Below are positions 47,232-56,265 of a stretch of DNA of 64,000 nt, piece after piece. How positions within the stretch are numbered: the first letter of the stretch is position 1; every line of letters starts with the position of its first letter. The notes below the pieces were generated by a model, which was not told where the DNA came from, made no database searches, and saw nothing but the letters and a program-made list of their open reading frames with translations. The translations under genes and the position numbers were made by a program. The stretch is from a bacterium (GTDB taxonomy: Bacteria; Caldisericota; Caldisericia; UBA6126), in assembly GCA_021372585.1 (NCBI GenBank), contig JAJFUD010000065.1, positions 2,640 to 66,639 of the forward strand. The letters are read 5' to 3'.

Positions 47232-48113
47232 TTACTCGGTTATCTCCGGCGGAACAATCGGTTCTTCCACATTATAAGCTTTAAAGGTTATCATCGCGTA
47301 GTCTTTTTTATCAGTATCGTTCTGGAGGATTTGTTTTACCAATCCCTTTTCCGGGCCATTCTGAACCATAAATACTTCAATCACTTTCCCGGACGCTTTT
47401 TCGGTAACGATGAATTGGATGCAGATGGCATCCGAAATCGTAACCGAAATCTTTGATATTTCATATGTATAGGCTGTATCTTTATAAAAATTGTAAGCCA
47501 CTTTTAACAAATAGGACTCCTTTGCGGAAACCTTCAGTTGAAGATCAGTAGGCACTTCAAACATATTCCAGAAGCCTAAACTGTCTGTTTCAAATCCGGA
47601 CAATCCTAACTTGATACTCTTAACAGAAACTAATTGATTGTTCGTATCATACTGCTTGCCAACAATTCTCATCGCCTCATCCATCGTAACAGAATCGACA
47701 CTTCCAATAAACTGAAGAGACGTTTCTGATTTTCCCATGCGTAGTTGATACGAGTAAGCTGTCGGGATTACAAAATTTTCCTTTTTAATCCCTAATGGAT
47801 GGGCAGCGTCAAGAATAAAGTCTCTGTAATTCTTCGCTTCCGGTATGATTACCCAGTCGTTAAACTCCTCAAAACGTTTATCCTGAATAACCACTTTTAC
47901 TTTATTTTCTTGACCGACTTGTATCTGATAGAATCCGTCTTTATCTGTCGTAATGGTTTGCTCATTCACTTGTATCAACACGCCAGCCACTGGTGAACGG
48001 TTATAAGACTCATAAACATACCCTTGCATCATACGATTTTTCACGCATCCCGATAAAACCATAAACAAAAAGCAAAGTGTGGCAAACTTCAATATGTTCT
48101 TCATACTAACCAT
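47232..48113 (-). CDS. Lipoprotein with carboxypeptidase-regulatory-like domain
   Basis: Lipobox LSGC. N-terminal CarbopepD_reg-like segment (VAGVLIQVNEQTITTDKDGFYQI). Confidence 0.55.
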   Translation of the reverse strand: MVSMKNILKFATLCFLFMVLSGCVKNRMMQGYVYESYNRSPVAGVLIQVNEQTITTDKDGFYQIQVGQENKVKVVIQDKRFEEFNDWVIIPEAKNYRDFILDAAHPLGIKKENFVIPTAYSYQLRMGKSETSLQFIGSVDSVTMDEAMRIVGKQYDTNNQLVSVKSIKLGLSGFETDSLGFWNMFEVPTDLQLKVSAKESYLLKVAYNFYKDTAYTYEISKISVTISDAICIQFIVTEKASGKVIEVFMVQNGPEKGLVKQILQNDTDKKDYAMITFKAYNVEEPIVPPEITE

Positions 48114-48240
48114 TGTAGAGAAATCTCCCCTCTTTTAAAGTATTATTTTTGGTCCAATGGACAGTCCCCTGTACCAAATTTTAGACTTAGTAAAATCTGT
48201 TACAATAGTAGGAATAGAAAGCAATTAGAGGAGGGTAACG

Positions 48241-49002
48241 ATGGATAAACAAGAATTGATAAATGACAGAATAAGCCTGAAATCTAAATTTGTGTGGTTG
48301 GAAAATAGCCAGGTAAAAACAGATCAGGATTTAGGTCTGCCAAAACCAACCATTTTTAAAATATATGAAAATTATGACTATATCTTTGAACTCCCGAAAC
48401 CGAAAGCAGATACTCTTCAAATGAATCAGTTGTTTGAGGTGATTGAAAAACGAAAGAGTGTGCGTCAGTTCACCAACACTCCTTTAACCATTGACGAGTT
48501 GTCTTTCCTATTATGGGCTACCCAGGGAGTTAGGGTATTGGGTCCCGAGGATGCTTATTCCAGAAGAATTGTCCCTTCCGGCGGATCAAGGCACACATTC
48601 GAGACTTACTTAGCTATCCATAATGTTACAGATATTCAGCCCGGAATCTATCATTATCTACCGAAAACTCACCAAATCGGACTGCTTTTCAAAGATCCTG
48701 ATCTACAAGCCCATATCATGGCCCTGGCAAAAAGACAGGAATTTGTCGCAAAATGTGCCGTTACTTTCATCTGGAGTTGCATTCCCTATCGTGCAGAGTG
48801 GCGTTATCATTGGGAATCCCATAAGATGATTCTGATGGACGCCGGTCATGTCTGTCAAAACCTTTATCTAGCAGCTGAAGCGATTAATGCAGGCACTTGC
48901 GCCATCGGTGCTTACGACCAGGAGTATGCTGATAAATACTTGCACCTGGATGGCAATGACGAATTTGTTATCTATGCGGCTCCGGTAGGTAAAGTACTAT
49001 AA
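48241..49002 (+). CDS. SagB/ThcOx-type dehydrogenase (nitroreductase superfamily)
   Basis: RKSVRQF, IVPSGGSRHTFETY (SagB-type signature P-S-x-G-x-R-H-x-x-E-x-Y), and a C-terminal nitroreductase-like region. RBS GAGGAGGG upstream. Confidence 0.7.
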   Translation: MDKQELINDRISLKSKFVWLENSQVKTDQDLGLPKPTIFKIYENYDYIFELPKPKADTLQMNQLFEVIEKRKSVRQFTNTPLTIDELSFLLWATQGVRVLGPEDAYSRRIVPSGGSRHTFETYLAIHNVTDIQPGIYHYLPKTHQIGLLFKDPDLQAHIMALAKRQEFVAKCAVTFIWSCIPYRAEWRYHWESHKMILMDAGHVCQNLYLAAEAINAGTCAIGAYDQEYADKYLHLDGNDEFVIYAAPVGKVL

Positions 49003-49130
49003 GATAGTAAGCAGGATACTACGACTTTTCTATTTTCATACGATTCTCACCCCTTCTTTATCCCTTGAGGAAAGCAAAGTAAAGGATGAAAAAGTAATTC
49101 TGCTAAACCTTATAGTGTGCCCAAGAACTC

Positions 49131-49158
49131 CGTCCCCTTGGGACGTCCCCTTGGGAAG
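49131..49158. repeat. GC-rich tandem direct repeat (2 x GTCCCCTTGGGA) forming short hairpins between convergent genes
   Basis: CGTCCCCTTGGGACG can fold as a 6-bp stem with a 3-nt loop. Strong local GC excursion in an AT-rich genome. No flanking U-run on either strand. Confidence 0.4.
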
Positions 49159-49159
49159 G

Positions 49160-49834
49160 TCAGGAGTAGTCGTCTTTGGCGTGGAAGTGTTTGACGTTCA
49201 CTCCCCCGTATATGAAGATGGTGTGTTCTGCAATATTGGTGGTGTGATCCCCTATTCTCTCTAAATGACGGCTAACCAATAAATTCTGGATATAGTGTTT
49301 GATATGTTGGGAATGCCCACACATTTTAATCATCGTCTCTTTAAAGATGGTGTTTGTGATATTATCGATCAGATCATCCACCTGTAAAACACTCTTTGCT
49401 TTGATAGTATCTTTTGATAAAAAAGCATCCAGGGCTAATTGGATCATCTCAATGGTTTGACGGTAAAGGCTTCGCAGATTTTCTTTAACAATTTCATCCT
49501 CATAATGATTTATCTCTATGGTTGCTTGCGATATGTTAACGGCTAAATCTCCAATCCGTTCAATATCAGTAATCATTTTTAAAACGCCGACTACATAACG
49601 CAAGTCCTTAGCTTCCGGTTGATACAACGCCAGACACGCTAATCCTTCGCGTTCAATTTTATTTTCCAGTTCATTAATGCAAATATCTTCTTCAATGATC
49701 TTTCTGGCTGAATCTTTATCATTCCCTAAAAAAGCTTCCATAGACCGGTAAATTGATTCGATTGCGAGATTTAACATTTGTATGACGTCTTGATTCAGAT
49801 TTAGTAATATCGCCTCTTTACCTCGTTTTTCCAT
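49160..49834 (-). CDS. phoU: Phosphate transport system regulator PhoU
   Basis: Two PhoU repeats with conserved E..D..ERIGD motifs. Last gene of the pst operon. Confidence 0.9.
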   Translation of the reverse strand: MEKRGKEAILLNLNQDVIQMLNLAIESIYRSMEAFLGNDKDSARKIIEEDICINELENKIEREGLACLALYQPEAKDLRYVVGVLKMITDIERIGDLAVNISQATIEINHYEDEIVKENLRSLYRQTIEMIQLALDAFLSKDTIKAKSVLQVDDLIDNITNTIFKETMIKMCGHSQHIKHYIQNLLVSRHLERIGDHTTNIAEHTIFIYGGVNVKHFHAKDDYS

Positions 49835-50598
49835 TATCCAAACCTCCCTGTAATGTAATCCTCAGTCAAACTCTTGGCTGGATTTGTAAATACTTTCTCC
49901 GTTTGATCAAACTCAATTAACTCACCAAGCATAAAGAAAGCGGTATAGTCAGCCACTCGACCAGCCTGCTGCATATTATGAGTTACTATAATAATCGTAT
50001 ATTGTGATTTTAGTTCCCTGATAAGCTCTTCAATTTTACCTGTTGCGATTGGATCTAACGCTGAGCAGGGCTCATCAAACAGTATCACCTTTGGTTTAGA
50101 AGCAATCGCCCGGGCAATACACAATCTCTGTTGTTGACCTCCGGAAAGCTCTGAACCAAATTTATTCAATTTGTCTTTCACCTCATCCCACAAAGCAGCC
50201 TTTCTCAAAGAATCTTCCAGTATGTCCCTGTAGTCACTGCTCTTCAATCGTATACTATTTAGCGAATAACCTGCCATTACATTTCCAGCTATCGTCATCG
50301 TAGGGAAAGGATTTGGTCTCTGAAACACCATCCCGATTGTTCTCCGAATCTTCATCGGGTCAGAATGATAAATGTTTTTTTCATAAAGCATCAGATCTCC
50401 GCTGACTTTAGCTCCCGGTGTTAGCTCATGTAATCGGTTTATACACCGAACGAATGTTGTTTTCCCGCAACCGGAAGGACCGATGATTGCAGTGACATGT
50501 TTTGTTGGAACTTCAATATTGATATTTTTTAAAACCTTAAACTCCCCATACCATGCGGAAAAATCTTTTGCTTGAATCGCGATCTCTTCTGAATTCAA
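49834..50598 (-). CDS. pstB: Phosphate ABC transporter ATP-binding protein PstB
   Basis: Walker [13 protein letters not shown] signature LSGGQQQR, Walker B ILFDEP. ATGA overlap with pstA. Confidence 0.9.
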   Translation of the reverse strand: MNSEEIAIQAKDFSAWYGEFKVLKNINIEVPTKHVTAIIGPSGCGKTTFVRCINRLHELTPGAKVSGDLMLYEKNIYHSDPMKIRRTIGMVFQRPNPFPTMTIAGNVMAGYSLNSIRLKSSDYRDILEDSLRKAALWDEVKDKLNKFGSELSGGQQQRLCIARAIASKPKVILFDEPCSALDPIATGKIEELIRELKSQYTIIIVTHNMQQAGRVADYTAFFMLGELIEFDQTEKVFTNPAKSLTEDYITGRFG

Positions 50599-51428
50599 TT
50601 TTTACTCCTTTTTACAAGAGCCTGGCTAATCCATTTTGCAGAAAAATTCAACAGCAACACCATGCTTACCAACAATAAAGCGCCTGCCCAAGCCATCTTA
50701 TTTTGAACTACATTCGGACTTCTGGCATATGTAAAAATCTGAATTGGTAGAGTAGAAATAGGTCGAAATAGTTTTGTTGAAAAGAATTGGTTTCCAAACG
50801 CAGTAAACAACAAAGGAGCTGTCTCCCCAGCGATCCTGCCAATGGAAGAGAGTATGGCACTAATAATGCCCCCCATGGCAGTTTTCATCACAATCATCCG
50901 TTGTGTATTCCATCGTGAAGCTCCCAGCGCAAAAGCTGCCTCTTTCAGTGTGTTGGGAACCATTAATAACACTTCTTCTGTAGATCGAGCTAATAAAGGA
51001 ATCATGATGATAGTTAAGGCAATGGATCCGGCAAAAGCTGAAAATGTATTCATAGTCTTCACTACCCAGCTGTACACAAGAATTCCTATCACGATGGATG
51101 GGATACCAACCAGCACCTCGGTCGAAAGTCTTACCCATTCTGCCAGCTTTGTTCCTTTGTTTTCTGCCAGATAGATTCCGGTTGCCAATCCAAAAGGGAT
51201 GCCAATCAGTGAAGCCATTCCCAGAACAATCAAAGTTCCGACGATAGAATTCAACATTCCGCCGCCAATTTCGCCCATGGGTTTCGGATTTTTGATAAAA
51301 AAATCGAGATTTATGCTGCTGATTCCCATTTTGATAACATAATAAAGCAACAGAAACAGTGGAATAAGGCATATCAGGGTAGCTAATGAGATCATCACTG
51401 TCATGATCAGATTTTTGATTTTTCTCAT
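50595..51428 (-). CDS. pstA: Phosphate ABC transporter permease PstA
   Basis: 6-TM ABC permease with EAA-like loop ([13 protein letters not shown]). Confidence 0.85.
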   Translation of the reverse strand: MRKIKNLIMTVMISLATLICLIPLFLLLYYVIKMGISSINLDFFIKNPKPMGEIGGGMLNSIVGTLIVLGMASLIGIPFGLATGIYLAENKGTKLAEWVRLSTEVLVGIPSIVIGILVYSWVVKTMNTFSAFAGSIALTIIMIPLLARSTEEVLLMVPNTLKEAAFALGASRWNTQRMIVMKTAMGGIISAILSSIGRIAGETAPLLFTAFGNQFFSTKLFRPISTLPIQIFTYARSPNVVQNKMAWAGALLLVSMVLLLNFSAKWISQALVKRSKN

Positions 51429-52330
51429 TTTTTGATCATTCCCGTATTTATTTTTCGTAGGATCAACTGCATAGTAAAATTCACCAGGAAACTAAACACA
51501 AAAAGTATCAATGCTAAATAAATCAATGAACTGACATGTGAAGCCGAAGATGCTTCGTAAAACTCGTTAGCGATCACACTGGCTAACGTATTGGCCGGAT
51601 CAAACAAGGAGGTGGGAACGGCATTTCTGTTCCCTATCACCATAGTGACTGCCATCGTCTCCCCTAAAGCTCTTCCTAAAGACAATCCAGTGCCTGCAAA
51701 AATACCGGATTTGATATAAGGTAACACAATCTTTTGCATCACTTCCCATTTATTGGCTCCCAACGCATACCCTGCTTCTTTTAAATCATCCGGTACCATT
51801 TTTAATACTTCTTTAATGACTGATATCGAATAGGGCAGAATCATGATCAACAAGACAACTGTAGCGCTTAATATACCCACTCCGTAAGGCTTGCTGTTAA
51901 AAAGAGGGATAAAACCGGCATACTTGAATAACCAGTTTTCAAGGATCCGTATATAAGGAACCAGCATGAACAATCCCCATAATCCATAGACAACGGAAGG
52001 TATGGAAGCAAGAAGATCAATGAGAGAAGAAATGATGTTTGAAAAGTTACCTTTGACATAGTCAGATAAAAATAGGCTGGTTCCGATACTCAAAGGGAGG
52101 GATAAAAACACCGACAAAAGTGCTGTGATGAATGTGCCAATCAAAAACGGCAAAGCGCCATATACATCCTTGTTTGGATCCCACACACTCTTAAAAAGGA
52201 AGGATACCCCGTTTTGTTTGATGGACAACCAAGCACTTGAGCTAAGTTGAATAAAAATGCCTATGGAAAAAAACAATATAAGAAAACCAAAAACCAGTAA
52301 AACAATCTTAAAAACTTTATCGCTTCTCAT
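51425..52330 (-). CDS. pstC: Phosphate ABC transporter permease PstC
   Basis: 6-TM permease with EAGYALGANKWE loop. Start set at the ATG (MRSDKVF) at 52330. The ORF-track TTG at 52357 lies inside the intercistronic hairpin and lacks an RBS. Confidence 0.8.
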   Translation of the reverse strand: MRSDKVFKIVLLVFGFLILFFSIGIFIQLSSSAWLSIKQNGVSFLFKSVWDPNKDVYGALPFLIGTFITALLSVFLSLPLSIGTSLFLSDYVKGNFSNIISSLIDLLASIPSVVYGLWGLFMLVPYIRILENWLFKYAGFIPLFNSKPYGVGILSATVVLLIMILPYSISVIKEVLKMVPDDLKEAGYALGANKWEVMQKIVLPYIKSGIFAGTGLSLGRALGETMAVTMVIGNRNAVPTSLFDPANTLASVIANEFYEASSASHVSSLIYLALILFVFSFLVNFTMQLILRKINTGMIKK

Positions 52331-52340
52331 ATAAAACAAA

Positions 52341-52370
52341 ACACCCCTCCGATCCAATTATCGGAGGAGG
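52341..52370 (-). promoter_or_regulatory. Intercistronic stem-loop between pstS and pstC
   Basis: 8-9 bp GC-rich stem CCTCCGAT / ATCGGAGG with a 6-nt loop, immediately 3' of the pstS stop. On the transcript the GGAGG of the stem doubles as the pstC Shine-Dalgarno. Confidence 0.45.
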
Positions 52371-52395
52371 GTTTCTTTCTTAACATTAATCAGAA

Positions 52396-53457
52396 TTAAT
52401 TGATAGGCTTTCCGTCAAATGTTATTTGCTTAATCAAAGCTTCTGCTTTTTGAACAGCGAGATCTGAAAGCTTGCCAAATTGCAAGGTTTCATTAATGTC
52501 CTGTCCTTCATGAGTAATCCACCATAGTAAGTTATACACCGCTCTGGCTTTGGTGATATCTCGGTTGTTGTAGTTTTGTTCCTGATAAAGAATAATCCAT
52601 GTGAAAGTAGAGATTGGATAACCATCTGCAGAATCAGTGTCGGTAATAGAGACTTTTAAGTCATCAGGCAATTCAATATCAGCTGCTTTCGAGACTGATT
52701 CCAAAGTAGGTTCAACAAAATTCCCTGATTTATTTTGGATTAATGCATAGGGAAGATTATTTTGCGCTGCAAATATCAATTCCACATATCCGATAGAGTT
52801 AGGAGTCTGGGTTAATAAACCAGCCACGCCATCATTGCCCTTTCCACCCAATCCAACCGGCCAGTTGACTGTTTTACCAGTTCCTAATGCTTTCTCCCAG
52901 TTTGGATCAGCTTTTGTAAGGTATTCAGTAAACGTATAGGTTGTTCCAGATCCATCTGATCTGTGTATCACCACAATATTGGCATCTGGTAAAGTAGTTC
53001 CTACGTTTAATTGCTGCAAGACAGGATCATTCCATTTCTTGATGGTGCCTAAAAAAATACCTGAAATGGCTGAAGCATTGAGTTTTAACTTCGGACTCCC
53101 TTCCAGATTATATGTAATTACGACAGCTCCCAGAGAGGTAGGAATATGAAGAACAGCTGCTCCTGCTTTTTCTTCCTCTTCCGCTTTCATAGGAGCATCG
53201 GTAGCACCAAAATCGATGGTTTTCTCAATTAAAGTATTGATTCCGGCTCCGGAACCGACAGCCTGGTAGTTAACCTGAACCTGTTTCAGCTGGTTGTAAT
53301 TATCGAAATATTTTTCATACAAAACTTTTGGGAAAGTAGCTCCAGCCCCACTAAGCTCTTTTGCTTCCTGTATCACAGGATTTTTCCCTGTACAAGAGAA
53401 CATGCTCATTGAAAATAACATAACGAGCCCGGTTACTAAAAGTAGGTTTTTTTTCAT
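52396..53457 (-). CDS. pstS: Phosphate-binding protein PstS (lipoprotein)
   Basis: Signal peptide with lipobox FSC. PBP fold motifs (GSGAGI, DGSGTTYTFT). RBS AAGGAG upstream. Confidence 0.9.
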   Translation of the reverse strand: MKKNLLLVTGLVMLFSMSMFSCTGKNPVIQEAKELSGAGATFPKVLYEKYFDNYNQLKQVQVNYQAVGSGAGINTLIEKTIDFGATDAPMKAEEEEKAGAAVLHIPTSLGAVVITYNLEGSPKLKLNASAISGIFLGTIKKWNDPVLQQLNVGTTLPDANIVVIHRSDGSGTTYTFTEYLTKADPNWEKALGTGKTVNWPVGLGGKGNDGVAGLLTQTPNSIGYVELIFAAQNNLPYALIQNKSGNFVEPTLESVSKAADIELPDDLKVSITDTDSADGYPISTFTWIILYQEQNYNNRDITKARAVYNLLWWITHEGQDINETLQFGKLSDLAVQKAEALIKQITFDGKPIN

Positions 53458-53507
53458 TTTTTCTCCTTTATTTTCTTTCTACTTTAACTGTATCGTTTTT
53501 CGTCATT

Positions 53508-53553
53508 GGTAATGTTAAGATTTCATTAAGAAATTGTTTAATCCGGGTTAAGA
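53508..53553 (-). promoter_or_regulatory. Pho-box-like direct repeats upstream of pstS
   Basis: Minus strand reads TTAACC-n5-TTAAAC-n6-TTAATG-n5-TTAACA with about 11-bp periodicity. This resembles the Gram-positive PhoP box TT(A/T/C)ACA repeated every 11 bp. It lies about 50 nt upstream of the pstS ATG, where a PhoP-dependent promoter would replace the -35. Confidence 0.5.
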
Positions 53554-54888
53554 TCATTTTGTTTCTTCCGGAAGAACAACGGTAAACTTTGAACCCTTTC
53601 CAAATTCACTCTCAACGGTTACACTGCCGTTATGCTCTTCCACAATGTGCTTCACAATGGAAAGCCCGAGACCTGTTCCTTCTGATTCTCCCGTTCTGGC
53701 TTTATCAACTTGATAGAACCTTTCAAAAATACGTTCCTGCTCGATAAAGGGTATTCCAATCCCGGTATCACTTACTGAAATAACAATTTCATGACTCACC
53801 TTTTTCGCATTTAAAGTAATCATTCCAAAATCTTGAGTAAATTTGACTGCATTATCAATAAGATTTATCAATAACTGCCTGACTCTTAGCTTATCTGCAT
53901 GGAGAGTTAAGTCAGGCTTATCCAATTCAAAAGAAAACTGGATTGATTTTTTGTTTAACTTTTTTCTATATAGCTCCTCAATATCCTTAAACAATTCTTG
54001 AATACTGAACGTAGTTTTCTGAAGAGACTCGCCTGTTTCGATTTTGGAAAGAACAAGCAGATCGTTCACAATATCGATTAATCTGACTACATTGTTGTGG
54101 ATAATCTTGCTATAATGCTTTTGCTTTTCCGGTTCGATCTTTTCCTCGGAGGATAACATCTCTGAATAACCCAGTATGGCGGTTAAGGGACTTTTTAATT
54201 CATGAGAAACGTTTCCGATAAAATCTGACCGTACTTTCTCCAACTTTCGGATATTGGTGATATCCTGAACCAACAATAGCACTTTCCAACCCGATTCGTT
54301 CGCTTGTGATGGTAAAGGGATAATTTTATACAGCACTGAGGTTTCCTGGGGAATAATCAATTTACTCTCTCCCTGGAATTCTTGTTTTTCATGAATAGTC
54401 TTCCGAATATGGTCCATCAATTCAGTGGATCGAATAATCTCCCATAACCACTTCTCCGAAGGTTGCAAAGAGAAGTGTAAAATGGAAGCGGCAGCAGAAT
54501 TATGAAAGTACACTTTTTCATCCTGATCAACAATTACCACTCCTTCCTGCAGTTGATTGATTAATCCCAATAAAACCTTTAGCTTGCTTTGATTATCCGA
54601 TAAATTGATATCATAACGGGTTTGCACTCTCTGCAGGATTTTCACTAAGGATCTTTTCTCGATATCAGTGTATTCCGGAAAAGATTCCATAAATTTATCA
54701 ATTGGGCTCCACATCACTTGGGAAAAAATGATCGTTAAGATCAGGGAAATGATGAGGACTGGCGCGACCACCTGAAGAAGATCAATCCAGAGTATCTGAT
54801 CGGATCCTTGAAAATAAAGAATCAAACAAACCGCTAAAACGCTTAAACAACTCACTACATAAGTAAACCAAAAAAATCTGTTTTTCAT
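53554..54888 (-). CDS. phoR: Phosphate-sensing histidine kinase PhoR-like
   Basis: Two N-terminal TM helices, PAS-like region, HisKA H-box (SHELKSPL), HATPase N/G boxes (DNAVKFT, DTGIGI, GTGLGL). ATGA overlap with phoB. Confidence 0.85.
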   Translation of the reverse strand: MKNRFFWFTYVVSCLSVLAVCLILYFQGSDQILWIDLLQVVAPVLIISLILTIIFSQVMWSPIDKFMESFPEYTDIEKRSLVKILQRVQTRYDINLSDNQSKLKVLLGLINQLQEGVVIVDQDEKVYFHNSAAASILHFSLQPSEKWLWEIIRSTELMDHIRKTIHEKQEFQGESKLIIPQETSVLYKIIPLPSQANESGWKVLLLVQDITNIRKLEKVRSDFIGNVSHELKSPLTAILGYSEMLSSEEKIEPEKQKHYSKIIHNNVVRLIDIVNDLLVLSKIETGESLQKTTFSIQELFKDIEELYRKKLNKKSIQFSFELDKPDLTLHADKLRVRQLLINLIDNAVKFTQDFGMITLNAKKVSHEIVISVSDTGIGIPFIEQERIFERFYQVDKARTGESEGTGLGLSIVKHIVEEHNGSVTVESEFGKGSKFTVVLPEETK

Positions 54889-55577
54889 GATTTCACCATT
54901 CTGGAGGAAAATCGGTACCCGACTCCCCGAATTGTATGAATAAATCTGGATGATTCACCGAGTTTTTTTCTCAGTAAGGTGATATGGACATCAATTACCC
55001 TATCTACTACAATCGCATCATCCTTCCATATCGCTTCCAATATGAAATCTCTATTCAAAACCTTATCCTCATTCAAAGCTAAGAGCTCTAATAATTTATA
55101 CTCGATTGAAGTCAGTAACAGTAGCGTACCATTCGCTACCACTTCCATACTCTCTCTGTTGATCATCAACTCCCCTTGGTTAATATTGATAAAAACCTTT
55201 TCATTGAAAGAAAGGCGATCCAATATTTTATGGATTCGTGCCAGTAACACTTTTTGGCTGAATGGTTTGGTCACATAATCATCGGCACCCAGTTCCAATC
55301 CTTCCACAATATCTGTCTCATCGCTTCGGGCAGATTCGATAATGACCGGTATAGATCCCCATTTTGGATGAGATTTGATGATTTTTAGTACTTCCATCCC
55401 GCTGATTCGTGGTAGCATTAGATCGAGCAAGATCAGATCAACTTTAAGCTTACCAAGGATCTCTATCGCTTTTTCGCCATTGGAGGCTAACAACGTGGCA
55501 AATCCATCTTTTTCAAGATGAACCTGAATCAATTCAGCAATATCCTCACGGTCCTCAACAATCAGAATAGTTTTCAC
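54885..55577 (-). CDS. phoB: OmpR-family response regulator PhoB/PhoP-like (GTG start)
   Basis: REC domain (phospho-Asp LDLMLP, conserved K in KPF). C-terminal winged-helix trans_reg_C (GVGYRF). First codon is GTG with RBS AAGGTG 5 nt upstream. Confidence 0.85.
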   Translation of the reverse strand: MKTILIVEDREDIAELIQVHLEKDGFATLLASNGEKAIEILGKLKVDLILLDLMLPRISGMEVLKIIKSHPKWGSIPVIIESARSDETDIVEGLELGADDYVTKPFSQKVLLARIHKILDRLSFNEKVFININQGELMINRESMEVVANGTLLLLTSIEYKLLELLALNEDKVLNRDFILEAIWKDDAIVVDRVIDVHITLLRKKLGESSRFIHTIRGVGYRFSSRMVKS

Positions 55578-55595
55578 TCCGCTACACCTTATCAG

Positions 55596-55656
55596 AAGAT
55601 TTTTATACTATTCTACTTCGATTTGTATTTTTCTATGTTAAGATTTAGTAAAATCT
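55596..55656 (-). promoter_or_regulatory. Putative autoregulated phoBR promoter with Pho-box-like hexamers
   Basis: Minus strand: TTTTAC-n6-TTAACA-n5-AAATAC at about 11-bp spacing, then TATAAA -10-like hexamer about 25 nt upstream of the GTG. Confidence 0.3.
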
Positions 55657-56262
55657 CTACGGTTGAAGGATTGGCAATGTGAAATGCCGCCCTAACCACA
55701 TCAGTTCTTCTTTTAATCGTTTAACAGGAAGACCGATGACATTGTCCAGGTCACCCTGAATTTCTTGCACCCAATCAGAGGGTATCTCCTGAATACCATA
55801 AGCCCCTGCCTTATCCAGAGGATCCTTTGTTTGAGTATAGGCTTGAATTGATTCATTCGTTAACGGTTGAAATTGTACCGCAGTTAAATCAACAAAGTAC
55901 CTGTGTACTCGATTCTCTTTTTCTAGGATGCGAACACTTACCCCTGTCAATACTTCGTGCCAGGTACCGCTGAGATTACGTAAAAAACGGATTGCTTCTT
56001 CCTGGTTAGCTGGTTTCCCAAGAATAGTATGGTTCCAGACTACGATAGTGTCAGATGATATCAAACAGTAAGAGGAAGGAAGTTCACTTGTTTGAACCGA
56101 TAGATTCTTACCGATTGCATTTTTTCTCACAAAATCATAAGGATTGTCATCGGCAGTGTGAATCTCAGGAAAATCAGGCTTGAGAACCTGGAAATCAGTG
56201 ACTACATGCTTAATCAGCTCCAACCGCCTGGGGGAATTAGAAACAAGGATTACCGGTAGCAT
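55657..56262 (-). CDS. maf: Maf-like nucleoside triphosphate pyrophosphatase
   Basis: ILVSNSPRR N-terminal motif and Maf fold blocks (GKP....A..FL..LSG, YGIQE). Confidence 0.85.
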   Translation of the reverse strand: MLPVILVSNSPRRLELIKHVVTDFQVLKPDFPEIHTADDNPYDFVRKNAIGKNLSVQTSELPSSYCLISSDTIVVWNHTILGKPANQEEAIRFLRNLSGTWHEVLTGVSVRILEKENRVHRYFVDLTAVQFQPLTNESIQAYTQTKDPLDKAGAYGIQEIPSDWVQEIQGDLDNVIGLPVKRLKEELMWLGRHFTLPILQP

Positions 56263-56265
56263 GAA

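Noticed and set aside
48114-49160. Possible TOMM/RiPP cluster around the SagB-type dehydrogenase
   Set aside because: No YcaO/cyclodehydratase or docking protein, and no short Cys/Ser/Thr-rich precursor ORF, appears on either strand in the flanks. Kept only as an orphan SagB finding.
49003-49160. tRNA or other structured RNA gene in the GC-rich intergenic stretch
   Set aside because: No cloverleaf-compatible arm arrangement, no conserved T-loop (GTTCRA) or anticodon stem. Only two short hairpins are present.
50842-51372. ORFs of 110 aa (+) and 170 aa (-) inside pstA
   Set aside because: They sit in the alternate frame or antisense within a canonical ABC permease gene.
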